A stretch of 63,737 nucleotides of DNA, the filler included, from Octopus bimaculoides (lineage: Eukaryota), in the NCBI RefSeq assembly GCF_001194135.2. It is 9 parts of 8 records of this genome, joined end to end, with 100 filler letters (N's around TTAATTAATTAA, not from the genome) between each part and the next. Parts side by side here need not be neighbours in the genome. Positions count along the whole stretch, not along the records: positions 62,639 to 63,737 come from NW_026305082.1; 8 more parts are not named here. The stretch is one strand, 5' to 3'. The number at the start of each line of letters is the position of its first letter. Position 1 is the stretch's first letter. Below the pieces are notes generated by a model that saw nothing but the letters and a program-made list of their open reading frames with translations, ran no database searches and had not been told where the DNA came from. A program made the position numbers and the translations under genes. Positions 63,561 to 63,737 of this stretch are shown here, piece after piece.

Positions 63561-63737
63561 ATATATATATATATATATTTATTTATTTATGTGTTTCAGC
63601 CAAGTGGCTGCGGTCATGCTGGTGCATATATGTATATATACATGACTATTATGTGTTTGCATGCATGTATATGTGTATTTATATACAAATATATACCTGT
63701 CTGGATATATCTGTATATATATATATATATATATATA
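62760..63737. repeat. Largely (TA)n/(TG)n/(GA)n low-complexity region
   Basis: Directly visible, with short unique interruptions. Confidence 0.8.

Overview
Repeat-saturated, gap-rich animal genomic DNA. The SINE families and microsatellite load suggest a cephalopod, probably Octopus (inference). The only confidently identifiable host coding sequence is two plus-strand exons (50887-50997 and 53651-53734) that splice in frame into gelsolin-like repeat 5 of a villin/advillin-type actin-binding protein; the rest of that gene is not visible here. The remainder is intronic or intergenic: two abundant tRNA-derived SINE families, decayed RTE-type LINEs, Tigger and mariner remnants, MITE/foldback elements, a Helitron-type 3' end, satellites and many N gaps, eight of which carry a synthetic TTAATTAATTAA spacer. 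The most interesting structure is a Penelope-like (GIY-YIG) retroelement at 54230-55541, arranged as a roughly 600-bp inverted repeat. Its terminal module is a tRNA-like Pol III head, then (AAT)n, then a minimal hammerhead ribozyme. A second inverted pair of the ribozyme module lies at 61421-62345. No CRISPR, rRNA or intact tRNA genes are supported. Repeat boundaries were read by eye and are approximate.
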